The position numbers and the translations under genes were made by a program. This document shows, in pieces, positions 27,863 through 36,815 of a stretch of DNA of 64,000 bases (positions are counted from its first letter, which is position 1; the number at the start of each line of letters is the position of its first letter). This DNA comes from a bacterium (GTDB lineage Bacteria > UBA10199 > 2-02-FULL-50-16 > JAJFLM01). Where the stretch lies: NCBI GenBank assembly GCA_965216315.1, contig CBDCFN010000016.1:1946181-2010180 (forward strand), read 5' to 3'. Below the pieces are notes generated by a model that was given only the letters and a program-made list of their open reading frames with translations, made no database searches and had not been told where the DNA came from.

Positions 27863-29440
27863 CTACCAGAAACAAATAACAAGCCATGCGGTCAGAACAA
27901 CTAGGATCAGAGCTTGCACACGATAGTCCTTATAAAACGGATAGCGTTGGTCCGGCAGGTAATCGGCGCGGCTCCATAAATAGGCTCCCAACTGAACACG
28001 TGTTTTGCCCGCGGGGTAGACCCAGGTTAGAACCGTCATTACTCCCGTTGATACGGCTGTTAAGATCCCCGCGATAATCGTGAAATGCAGCATGACCATG
28101 CCAAGCTGAGACAAGATAAACACAACGAGCGAAACAATGTGCCCGGTAATCAGGGTGTACAAGGCCGCCTGAGCGGATACACGTGACCAAAAGATACCGA
28201 GAATAAAAACCGCTGCCACCGGCGGCACAACATACGAAAAAGCCTGTTGGAGATAGGCAAACAAGCCCGGAAAATGGGCAATTTGCGGGGCCCATAACGC
28301 TGCGATTATCATTAAAATGAGTGTAGTGAAACGTCCGTAATTGCGAATTTGTCGCGGTGTCAATTCCAAGTGTTTTGGTTGGATGAAATCCATCACGATG
28401 AGCGTTGAAGCGGAATTTAGCGTGGAGTCAATGCTCGACATAATGGCCGCAATAAGAGCGGCCAAAACCAGTCCGACGACGCCTATGGGCAAGATGTTGG
28501 TAATGATCGTCGGAAAAACCAGATCCGGGTTTTGTAATGACGGAAATAACTGCAGTGCCATCACGCCGGGAAGAACCATAAAAAACAAAACAGGTAGTTT
28601 CAGTAATCCTCCCAGCATCGCCCCCCAGCGCGCATTTGCTAAATTCTTCGCTCCCAAGACCCGTTGTGCAATATATTGATTGGTCGACCAATAATAAAAA
28701 CCCAGTATCGGAACGCCCACCAGTGTTCCCAGCCAGGGCAAGGCAGGATCATCTATCGGTCGGATAACCGACATATGGCTTTGAGGAATCGTCGAAAACG
28801 CCTGAGCCCAAGAAAAATCATAATTAGAAAAGATCATTCCCGTCATGAAGATACATCCGCATATCAGCACAATGGCCTGCAATACATCCGTATACACAAC
28901 TGCCTTTAAGCCGCCTGCTGCCGTGTAAATCCCTGCAAATAAGGCCAGAGCAATGCAGACCTGCCAGATTACTAGTGAGGGGAAAATAACCTTCAAGACG
29001 AGGGCGCCGGCGTAAAGCCCTCCCGCCGTATCGACAACGATGCTTAGAAATATAGTAATTATTGAAAAATATTTCTGACAACGCGAATCAAATCTTTTTC
29101 CCAGAAATTCCGGGATCGTCGTGACCTTGTTCTTCAAATAAAGCGGAATAAAAAATATCGCCATGAAAACAAGGACCAGTGTCGCCATCCATTCATAATT
29201 AGATACAGAAATTCCGCTTTTATAGGCTTGTCCGGACAACCCGATCAGTGTCGTACTCGAGATGTTCGAAGCAAACAGTGAAAACCCGATGGCCATCCAA
29301 CCTAAACTACGACCGGCAAGAAATAAGTCCTCTCCACTCTTGGTTCTTCGCGCCACTGCGATCCCGATTCCGAAAACAACGCAAAAATAGAGGATGATGA
29401 TGGCGATATCCAGCGAGTGAATAGGAAATGAAGACATCAA
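27863..29440 (-). CDS. Sodium:solute symporter (SSS/SGLT family)
   Basis: 525 aa with about 13 TM segments and a typical SSS N-terminus (FLAGRSLGWMAIGFSLFASNISS). Confidence 0.9.
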   Translation of the reverse strand: MMSSFPIHSLDIAIIILYFCVVFGIGIAVARRTKSGEDLFLAGRSLGWMAIGFSLFASNISSTTLIGLSGQAYKSGISVSNYEWMATLVLVFMAIFFIPLYLKNKVTTIPEFLGKRFDSRCQKYFSIITIFLSIVVDTAGGLYAGALVLKVIFPSLVIWQVCIALALFAGIYTAAGGLKAVVYTDVLQAIVLICGCIFMTGMIFSNYDFSWAQAFSTIPQSHMSVIRPIDDPALPWLGTLVGVPILGFYYWSTNQYIAQRVLGAKNLANARWGAMLGGLLKLPVLFFMVLPGVMALQLFPSLQNPDLVFPTIITNILPIGVVGLVLAALIAAIMSSIDSTLNSASTLIVMDFIQPKHLELTPRQIRNYGRFTTLILMIIAALWAPQIAHFPGLFAYLQQAFSYVVPPVAAVFILGIFWSRVSAQAALYTLITGHIVSLVVFILSQLGMVMLHFTIIAGILTAVSTGVMTVLTWVYPAGKTRVQLGAYLWSRADYLPDQRYPFYKDYRVQALILVVLTAWLVICFW

Positions 29441-29444
29441 ATCG

Positions 29445-31715
29445 CTACGATGTGGCTTTTTTTACAGAATCGAGAAAATCTTCGGCCCAAGTCTGGATAT
29501 CATATTGGTTCACAATCTGAAAAAGTCTTTCCATATGCAGGACTTTGGTCTCCGGTTTTAGTTGGACTGCACGCTTCAATACACGCGCCATATCGGAAAT
29601 ATCATACGGGTTGGTCAACAAGGCTCCGTGCAGTTCAGCTGACGCGCCTGCAAATTCAGATAAAATCAGGACTCCCTCGGTATTTGTAGCATCTTTGGTA
29701 GCGACATATTCCTTGGCAACTAGATTTAAGCCATCTCTCAACGGGGTCACCCAAGCAATGTCCGCAATGGTATAAAAACACAACACGTCCTCATATGAAA
29801 ACGATTGAAAAAAATAACGAACGGGATTCCATTGATAAGTCGCGAAGCGTCCATTAATTCTTCCTATCGCCTCATCGACTTCCGAGCGGATCGAACGATA
29901 GACTTTCATCCGCGGGTTTGGTGGTGTCCAAATCGTAATGAATTGCAATTTTTCATACCATTCGGGATTTTCCTCAAGAAATTTCTCGTAGGCTGCCAGC
30001 TTTTCCATTGGCCCTTTTGTGTAATCCAATCTCTCGACAGAAAGCACCGTGACTTTATCGGAAAATTCTCCGCGCAGCTTCTCAATCCTCTGTTTATTCT
30101 TCGGCTTATTGATCAAGTCACGGATTAGTTTCACATCTGTGCCTACAGGATGAGCCCCCAGATAGACTGTACTCTCGACTGACTTGACTTTTTTAACTTC
30201 AGTGACCGCTCCGGACGCGCAACTATGCGTCAAATATCTTGGAGCCGCCGATTCCGATTCAAGGATCTCGAGCGGTCCATGCCCTCTCAAGGCATCAACA
30301 AAATTTTCTATATATCTCGGTATGTGAAAACCAATATAGTCACATTGGATGAGGCTACTTAATATCTCGCGACGCCACGGAATAATTGAAAAGGAGTCCG
30401 ATGAAGGGAACGGCGTGTGATGAAAAAACGCAATTTTGAGATCATGGCGGTCTTTTCTCAATAAACCCGGAACCATCCACAGGTTGTAGTCATGTATCCA
30501 GACCGTTGCGCCCGGATGGGCGATCTTCGACACTTCCTCTGCAAAGAGACGATTCACTTCCACAAACCGGTCCCAGTGCGCCTTGATGAAAGCGGTTTTG
30601 TCCGGAAACGAGTGCAACAGAGGCCAAAAGGCTTCTTTGGAAAAGCGTTGATAAAAAATTTCTATATCTTCTTTATCGAGCCATACCCTCGATAGCTTTA
30701 AATTAGGATAGTCGTCGGCGTCCGGCTGGAGAGCGGCGAGTTCTTCATTCGCCTGACGTTTATTACTGGCCGACGACGCGACCCAAACCCCTTCGCGCCC
30801 CTTGGAGAATAAACGCAGCAAGGTGGGCACTATGCCGTTCGGGCTTTTTAACCGCTTTTTAATATACTTGCCCCCCTTTTTCGCTTCCTCGAAAGGCAAG
30901 CGGTGATACACAATCACCAATTGATCTGAATCACCCGCATTGACTTTTTCGCTTTTTTTAACAGTTTGAACGACCCCTTCTTTTGGTGCAACAATCCCAC
31001 GCTGCGTTAACCCTTCGAGTATGCCGCCGGTCCCCTCCTTGTTCGCGATAAACACGTGTGTCTTATTCTTAACGGAATTCACTAAATCTTCTTCGGAATT
31101 TCCGACGGCAATGCCATCAAAGGTCGTCTCAAAAAGCGAGAGGTCATTGAGCGTATCTCCAGCGACGACAACACTTCGAGGATCAATGTTTTCCAACTGA
31201 ATGAGCTCCATTAACGTTGATCCTTTTGAGACCCCCTTGGGTAGAAAATCAAGATAACGATCCGCTGAATACAGCACATCACAGTTCAATTTTTCAGCGG
31301 CTTGATATATTTCCTGGGACAAGTTTTCTTTTTTTGTATAAAAAGAACAGCGCCTCTCTTGCGGTACATCTTGGCGTTCAAGCGACGGCGTATTTTCCAG
31401 CGCCTCTAGGACGACCGCCGTTCCGGGCCATTTTTTCTGAATTTCGCGTTGTAAAGGCTGGATCGGTTCCAGGTATTCACCGTCAACCACCGTGGCACCG
31501 ACATCGGCAATGATATAATCCGGCCGGGGAATCACCGGATCTCTTAACAGAGGATAGACATTTTCCAAGCCGCGACCGGTAACAAAAATCAGCGTGGGGG
31601 GATGTTCCGCCGAAGAAAATATCTTATAGAGCTCATTTTTATCTCTTCTGTCGCCACCTAGAAAGGTCCCGTCCAGATCTGCTGCCAAGGTCAGGTTTTT
31701 CTTCACTTCATACAT
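29445..31715 (-). CDS. Fused HAD-IIB sugar-phosphate phosphatase / GT20 (OtsA/GgpS-like) sugar-phosphate synthase; GgpPS-like
   Basis: N-terminal HAD motifs (LAADLDGTFLGG, VAGDTLNDLSLF). C-terminal GT20 pattern (VWIHDYNLWMVPGLLR, FFHHTPFPSS, GLNLVAKEY). 756 aa. Confidence 0.8.
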   Translation of the reverse strand: MYEVKKNLTLAADLDGTFLGGDRRDKNELYKIFSSAEHPPTLIFVTGRGLENVYPLLRDPVIPRPDYIIADVGATVVDGEYLEPIQPLQREIQKKWPGTAVVLEALENTPSLERQDVPQERRCSFYTKKENLSQEIYQAAEKLNCDVLYSADRYLDFLPKGVSKGSTLMELIQLENIDPRSVVVAGDTLNDLSLFETTFDGIAVGNSEEDLVNSVKNKTHVFIANKEGTGGILEGLTQRGIVAPKEGVVQTVKKSEKVNAGDSDQLVIVYHRLPFEEAKKGGKYIKKRLKSPNGIVPTLLRLFSKGREGVWVASSASNKRQANEELAALQPDADDYPNLKLSRVWLDKEDIEIFYQRFSKEAFWPLLHSFPDKTAFIKAHWDRFVEVNRLFAEEVSKIAHPGATVWIHDYNLWMVPGLLRKDRHDLKIAFFHHTPFPSSDSFSIIPWRREILSSLIQCDYIGFHIPRYIENFVDALRGHGPLEILESESAAPRYLTHSCASGAVTEVKKVKSVESTVYLGAHPVGTDVKLIRDLINKPKNKQRIEKLRGEFSDKVTVLSVERLDYTKGPMEKLAAYEKFLEENPEWYEKLQFITIWTPPNPRMKVYRSIRSEVDEAIGRINGRFATYQWNPVRYFFQSFSYEDVLCFYTIADIAWVTPLRDGLNLVAKEYVATKDATNTEGVLILSEFAGASAELHGALLTNPYDISDMARVLKRAVQLKPETKVLHMERLFQIVNQYDIQTWAEDFLDSVKKATS

Positions 31716-32034
31716 AAACGAGAAAACGGAGAACTATCGATCTCATCTGAGACCTCATTCGTCAAGGGGGGGGGCGGCCGAAGGACATGCTGTTCACGAG
31801 AAATACCCGCCATCCAATCCATATTTTCGCAATTCTGCCCTGTTGGCCTACATTTACCGCATTGATAAAACCCTCATCGCATCAGACATTGCTGGATAAT
31901 TGAGGGTAAAATGTTCCGATCTGATACAGGTCGGGGATCACATTCACCGGGATGATCATAAAGAGTCCTTGAAATCATTGCGGATTTCCCTGGCACACGC
32001 CTTGCTCTGTCCAAGAGCCATGGAGGAATAATTT

Positions 32035-32475
32035 ATGAGCGACAGAACAAACGTACCGGGCACGAAGCAAACAAATCAAACTAATTGGAATTGGCGTGAT
32101 AATCTACCTGGGAGTATCTCCCCAAAAGAGGCGCAAATCAGCGTCACTCCTGATGGCAGAATCGTTATCACTGCCTATGAACAGAGCAACAATGCCTGCA
32201 AAGGACTTCTTCGTTACAAAAAAGTTATTTATACGAATGGACAAGCAATCAAGTTTGGCGAGCGCGCCGACCCCGTTAGCCGTCCGCTTTCCAAGGACGA
32301 CTGTGGTGGTCATGCCATGATCACGTCTGCCTATATGAATGCGAATCGCGCCTACAAGGTCGAACCATCTAAACTCCTCGTAATAGGTTCCAAATTATAT
32401 GCATCGGGCACTATCTCGGGTAAGGATTTATCAAATATTGTCGGTGCAGCAACACAATCCTATTTTTCCAAGTAA
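32035..32475 (+). CDS. Hypothetical protein (146 aa)
   Basis: ORF with GGAGGAA upstream of the ATG; no recognised domain. Confidence 0.5.
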   Translation: MSDRTNVPGTKQTNQTNWNWRDNLPGSISPKEAQISVTPDGRIVITAYEQSNNACKGLLRYKKVIYTNGQAIKFGERADPVSRPLSKDDCGGHAMITSAYMNANRAYKVEPSKLLVIGSKLYASGTISGKDLSNIVGAATQSYFSK

Positions 32476-32561
32476 AATAATTTATTAAACTTAAGGAGCA
32501 GTCGAGACTAAAAGCATAACTAAAAACCGGCGAAATGGACGGGAATCGTTAGGAGAGAACA

Positions 32562-32728
32562 ATGTCCGAGAAAATAAATCACAAATTATGGACGGTAGTA
32601 CTTGAAGGAATCGATCACACGTATTCAAGACGATAGACGATTCAACGCGTGTCTACATAACTGGCAACAACCGCCCCTTGCTCAAACATTTTGACCAAGG
32701 CGTTTGTCTTAGCAAATACTACGAATAA
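32562..32728 (+). pseudogene. Frameshifted small paralogue of the C-terminal module of the downstream 174-aa protein
   Basis: AGGAGAG RBS plus ATG 32562 gives MSEKINHKLWTVVLEGIDHTYSRR*, with the stop at 32634. The +2 frame from 32627 reads KTIDDSTRVYITGNNRPLLKHFDQG..., which matches FYTIDGGVRVFIAGDNRDLLKRFDNLL of ORF 32744-33268. Confidence 0.4.
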
Positions 32729-32743
32729 ATATGGGAGAGCAAC

Positions 32744-33268
32744 ATGTCACGACTTAAACTACAATTACGTCAGGTTGAAATGAACGGTGACGTGCATAAA
32801 TATATATTTCGGGTCACCGATCCGTCTACCAAAAAAAGCTACGCCATTGTAGCCGTCGACGGGGACGGCGACGGCAAGATCGATCTCGACGCAACACAAC
32901 GGCGTGATTATGTTACGTACGTCGGCAATTGTGGACAATCGGCTAATCACGTCACGGCCCGCGATGTTTCAGCAATTCAAGATACGATAACTTATTTTCA
33001 CCAACGCCGGGACGTAGAAATAGCGCATGCCAACTTCCGCTATCGTTGGGAGCGCACGCCTGCCGGGATGATAGCAACCGGACTCAGCCTAGTCGCCTCG
33101 CTGGCCTCGAGGGCTTCGCGCATCGGAGCGCTTGCGAGAACGCGTATCCACTCGACCCATAATGATCAGGTCACTAAAGTGAGCTTTTATACGATCGATG
33201 GCGGCGTCCGCGTCTTCATCGCAGGCGATAATCGTGACCTGCTGAAGCGATTCGATAATCTTCTCTAA
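32744..33268 (+). CDS. Hypothetical protein (174 aa)
   Basis: ORF with a GGGAGAG RBS; one central hydrophobic segment (GMIATGLSLVASLAS); no recognised domain. Confidence 0.55.
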   Translation: MSRLKLQLRQVEMNGDVHKYIFRVTDPSTKKSYAIVAVDGDGDGKIDLDATQRRDYVTYVGNCGQSANHVTARDVSAIQDTITYFHQRRDVEIAHANFRYRWERTPAGMIATGLSLVASLASRASRIGALARTRIHSTHNDQVTKVSFYTIDGGVRVFIAGDNRDLLKRFDNLL

Positions 33269-33298
33269 AAAATCGGAGTTTATGATGACTGACATCAC

Positions 33299-34174
33299 TT
33301 AGTAAGTCCAAAACTCTAGCAAGCGAGGATCTAAAGCATAAAGTCTCTCTTCAGTCTTGTAACGAATTGTCAAATCTGACTTTGTTGGATCCCACCGATA
33401 ACCACGACTCTCATGTATGTACGTGTTGAAAGGCATGCCTGGAGAGGCTATCGACGATGACGTAGACGGATATTTATCATCTGGATGTGGCACAATACCA
33501 TGCGACCAGAGAATTTTCTCCGTAACACCGACATATTGATAGAGGTGAACGGCGCCCTCTACGAACGGACAATCAGAGGCCAGACCCAGGGTTTCCGTCA
33601 GAAGGCGATATAAAGCCACGCCGCCGAGATTGATCTCATAATCCAGAAATTCCACCAGGTTTTTCGTACAACGGATGGCGATTGTAGAAGTACGCGATTC
33701 CTCTGACCTAGCTACGATGCGCAAGTCCTGTGGAGTGTCTCTATCCTCACCATAATCGAAATGTAACGTTGTTCCCTCCTTCGCTCTGGCCGGAAGGTGA
33801 TAACTCATAATGCAATACGAATCAGCGGAGAATTTCCTGAACGCCCATCGGTCAGAATAGCCCTCTTCCATTTCATCATTATCTAAATCCGGCTTCGTCA
33901 TGCTCTCCATGAACTCCACAACCTGGCGAGATTGACTAATAAAAGTGTTTGCATGTGTGGGGTCCAAGGCAACACTTTCTAATCGCGGGGATCCTTCCGC
34001 GTCTTGAATGACGGGGACGATCACGGAGCCATGCTCGGGAACGGCTCGGAATGTATCGAGATAGTTGTCAATGCCACCGGCGGTCATAAAAGTAGTGACG
34101 GGATCGATTCCAGATGTCGCGCAGATACTGACAGTCAAATTTGCCGTCGCTGAGCTCCCTACTGAAAATAACAT
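33299..34174 (-). CDS. Hypothetical protein (291 aa)
   Basis: Long ORF convergent with 32744-33268; no recognised domain. Confidence 0.55.
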   Translation of the reverse strand: MLFSVGSSATANLTVSICATSGIDPVTTFMTAGGIDNYLDTFRAVPEHGSVIVPVIQDAEGSPRLESVALDPTHANTFISQSRQVVEFMESMTKPDLDNDEMEEGYSDRWAFRKFSADSYCIMSYHLPARAKEGTTLHFDYGEDRDTPQDLRIVARSEESRTSTIAIRCTKNLVEFLDYEINLGGVALYRLLTETLGLASDCPFVEGAVHLYQYVGVTEKILWSHGIVPHPDDKYPSTSSSIASPGMPFNTYIHESRGYRWDPTKSDLTIRYKTEERLYALDPRLLEFWTY

Positions 34175-34481
34175 ACCCTCCTATCGGAGGACATACATAA
34201 TAGTTTCATTGTTAACGTCCAGCGACGCATTTTTATGTTTAGATTATTAGACACTTCATGACGCAATAGTATAACGCCTTGATTCAACGATTCAATAATT
34301 GAATCATGCCTCAAATAATTGCTCAGGCAATATACACATCTCCCCCTGAATTCGATCCCTCAGCCGTGGCGTCTAATATTCGGAAGCTGGCAGTTACCCA
34401 GGCCGTGTCGGAGACCATAGGCGTCGAGACCTCTTGCACCTTTTGATTAGACGTCTTAGACTAAAGCCAGTTCTTTGAATT

Positions 34482-34572
34482 GGGGGCGATTTGGGTTCGA
34501 CGGAATCGCCAGAAATGACGATAGCAGGTCGAGGTTGACGTCATAGGGGCTTGCGTCGCCCCCTCCGGAAGC
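34482..34572 (+). pseudogene. Partial, decayed duplicate of the ssrA 5' end (56 nt, 53/56 identical), followed by a T-arm-like hairpin
   Basis: 34482-34537, gggggcgatttgggttcgacggaatcgccagaaatgacgatagcaggtcgaggttg, aligns with 34785-34840. It is followed by GGGGC-ttgcgtc-GCCCC (34546-34562). There is no tag frame and no matching acceptor 3' strand. Confidence 0.6.
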
Positions 34573-34784
34573 AAAGCTTGCGGGCCGATCGCAGAGCTCT
34601 CGGCATCTGAGGCACCAGAGGTGCTGATCCAAGCCTCCCCTTCTCGCTCGCGTTGCTCGCTAGACAACCTCGGCAAAACATATAAGGTGTTCTTTGAAAC
34701 GATGAGGGATTGTTAAGGGGGAGAGAGTTTTTCTTCCCCTTAACTAGAAGCCAATCCGAAGCTGCGCTTTCGGTTGGCTGCAAT

Positions 34785-35141
34785 GGGGGCGATCCGGGTT
34801 CGACGGAATCGCCAGAAGTGACGATAGCAGGTCGAGGTTGTCCGAACCTTGTCTAAAACGGACACAGGCTATAAACGCCGATCATGATGCGCCTTTGGCG
34901 CTTGCTGCTTAATTAAGCGGCCGTCTCTTAGGTTCTTGTCTGCGGGATTTAATGAGACGCCATTTGCAGACTGGCTCAGAGGACATTGTCTTCGAAAATC
35001 TGGGTGAGAAACTCCGAAGGCTAGCGGCCGAACCCCTGTCGATGGGGAAACTCGGTGGCGAATCACTAATCATCGACTAAGCCTGTAGCGATCGTCATGG
35101 AAGCCTTCCGGACGGGGGTTCGATTCCCCCCGCCTCCACCA
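34785..35141 (+). ncRNA. ssrA: tmRNA (transfer-messenger RNA)
   Basis: The 5' GGGGGCG pairs with the 3' CGCCUCC, including the G3-U wobble. T-arm GGGGG-UUCGAUU-CCCCC, 3' ACCA, 5' GGGUUCGACGG D-loop analogue, internal tag frame ending ALAA-UAA. 357 nt. Confidence 0.92.
34868..34912 (+). other. tmRNA tag reading frame (predicted tag ...ADHDAPLALAA; resume codon uncertain)
   Basis: GCT ATA AAC GCC GAT CAT GAT GCG CCT TTG GCG CTT GCT GCT TAA. The canonical hydrophobic ALAA end is followed by a second stop (TAATTAA). Confidence 0.6.
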
Positions 35142-36582
35142 ATTGATAAGTGGTCGACGTTTTGCGAGCAGGGACCACGGCAAATGGTAGGAAAAGCGCA
35201 GGGTTTTGGCCGAAACGCGAAAGTTCGAGCCGATCTTTTTTAAGAATTCCTTTTGGGAGGAGTAATCGTCGCCACTCGCCAGCGGACCCGCTTGGTGAGC
35301 CGCCTGGAGGAATTCGAGGCAGGGTTCGAGCCAACCCATTGCCCCGGTCTCAAGGGCCGTCAGCTTTTCCTCTAAACGCACCTTCTGTTTCAATAATGAT
35401 TCCTTCTTGGCTTGATACTCGACGCGATCGATGATGCCGTCGAGATGGGCGTCCAAGAGACGATCAAGCTTGCCCTGAATGGCCGGCATCTCCCGGTCGA
35501 ATTGTTCCTTAAAGCGTGCAAGGGGTTGGCGAGAATCCTGCTGCTCCTTGGCCCACCACGCGATCATCTGTTGATAGGCGTCAGCCGGCAGAGCGACCTT
35601 TGCGATCGCGGTGCTGATTTGTTTGGCTAAGTCTTCCTCTCGGACAAAGGGCTCGGTACACGGGCCTTTCTTCTTGGTGCAGCGATAATAGTGATATTTC
35701 TTTTTCTGTCGCTCTGCCGTGATGGCGCCGTCACAATTGGCGCAACTCGCCAGGCCAAGAAAGGGAAATAAGTGCTTACGATGTTTGTGAGGCACGCCGC
35801 TCTTGGTCAGCAGACCTTGCACCTTATCGAACAAGTCTTTCGTAATAATGGGTTCGTGGGAGCCCTGATGCCACTCGCCGGAGAACTCGAATAAGCCGTA
35901 ATAGAAAGACTTGGTGAGGATGCGATAAAGGGCGGCGTGCACAAGTGGCTTATTTTTGCGGCTCAGCAAACCCCACTCGGGCGCCATGCGCCGTAGATCC
36001 TCCACCGTATAGCGCCCCGTCGCGTAGGTCTCGAAGAGTTTCTTGATCAGGGGCGCTCGCTCGGGATCGATGACAACCTTTCGGGTCTTTTGGTCATTGT
36101 CGTAGCCCAAGGGTGCGACCCCCGGCCATTCCCCACGCCTTAACTTTTGGCGAATCCCGCGGCCGAATATTCTCCGAAAGGTTGTCCACGTAATACTTGG
36201 ACTGCCCAAAGGCGATATTGAGCATAAATTTGCCTTGTGGCGTGTTTTCGAACCAAAAAGTCGGGAACTTAAGCGCCTTAATATGCTCAGTATCTAAAAA
36301 GTAAATAATCCGGCCGCCATCGACGGAATTGCGCGCGAGTCGATCCGGGTGCCAGGCGATAATCCCTTGGGCCTCACCGCGTTCAATGCGCTCCATCATG
36401 TCATTGAAAATCGGGCGGCCGGGGACCTTGGCCGTCTTGGATTCGGTAAAAATTTCCTTAATTGTTAAACGTTCTTTTTCAGCGAAGAGTTTTAGTTCCG
36501 CGATTTGTGATTCAATTGATAAGACCTGTCGCTCTTCGCTGTCGCTGGATTTACGGGCATAGAGAAAATACTGGGAAGACAT
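35070..36582 (-). pseudogene. Large serine recombinase (integrase) disrupted by a single-nucleotide frameshift
   Basis: N-terminal resolvase domain in ORF 36094-36648 (YARKSSDSEERQ..., HPDRLARN). Recombinase domain, zinc ribbon (CANCDGA...YYRCTKKKGPC) and coiled coil in ORF 35070-36209. The two frames join as ...SENIRRGIRQKLRRGEWPG if one C/G is removed from cccgcggccg (36156-36165). Confidence 0.85.
35136..35211 (+). repeat. Left copy of a perfect 76-bp inverted repeat (includes the last 6 nt of ssrA, CCACCA, and the recombinase 3' end)
   Basis: The manual reverse complement of 36740-36815 equals 35136-35211 exactly. Confidence 0.9.
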
Positions 36583-36739
36583 GGTCGACGTGCTATCGCC
36601 TTTGGGCACGCGTGGCAAATTGGAAATGGCGCCTCCCCGCGAAGGCAAGTGCGATCGGCGCCCGGCGCCGTCAGGTGCCGGCCAGGCGTCGCAGGGACTT
36701 TAAATTTCCCGGAAACGAATGGGGACTTTCGCCAGTGCA

Positions 36740-36815
36740 GGCCAAAACCCTGCGCTTTTCCTACCATTTGCCGTGGTCCCTGCTCGCAAAACGTCGACCA
36801 CTTATCAATTGGTGG
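36740..36815 (-). repeat. Right (inverted) copy of the 76-bp repeat, fused to the ACCA end of tRNA-like module X_A
   Basis: See the left copy. The junction on the minus strand reads ...tccacaggcaccACCA|attgataagtgg... Confidence 0.9.

Noticed and set aside
29445-31715. Calling the fused enzyme trehalose-6-phosphate synthase/phosphatase (otsBA).
   Set aside because: Not excluded, but the N-terminal phosphatase/C-terminal GT20 order and the adjacent GH13_18 phosphorylase fit a glucosylglycerol-type system better. I left it without a gene symbol and flagged it for phylogenetic and biochemical testing.
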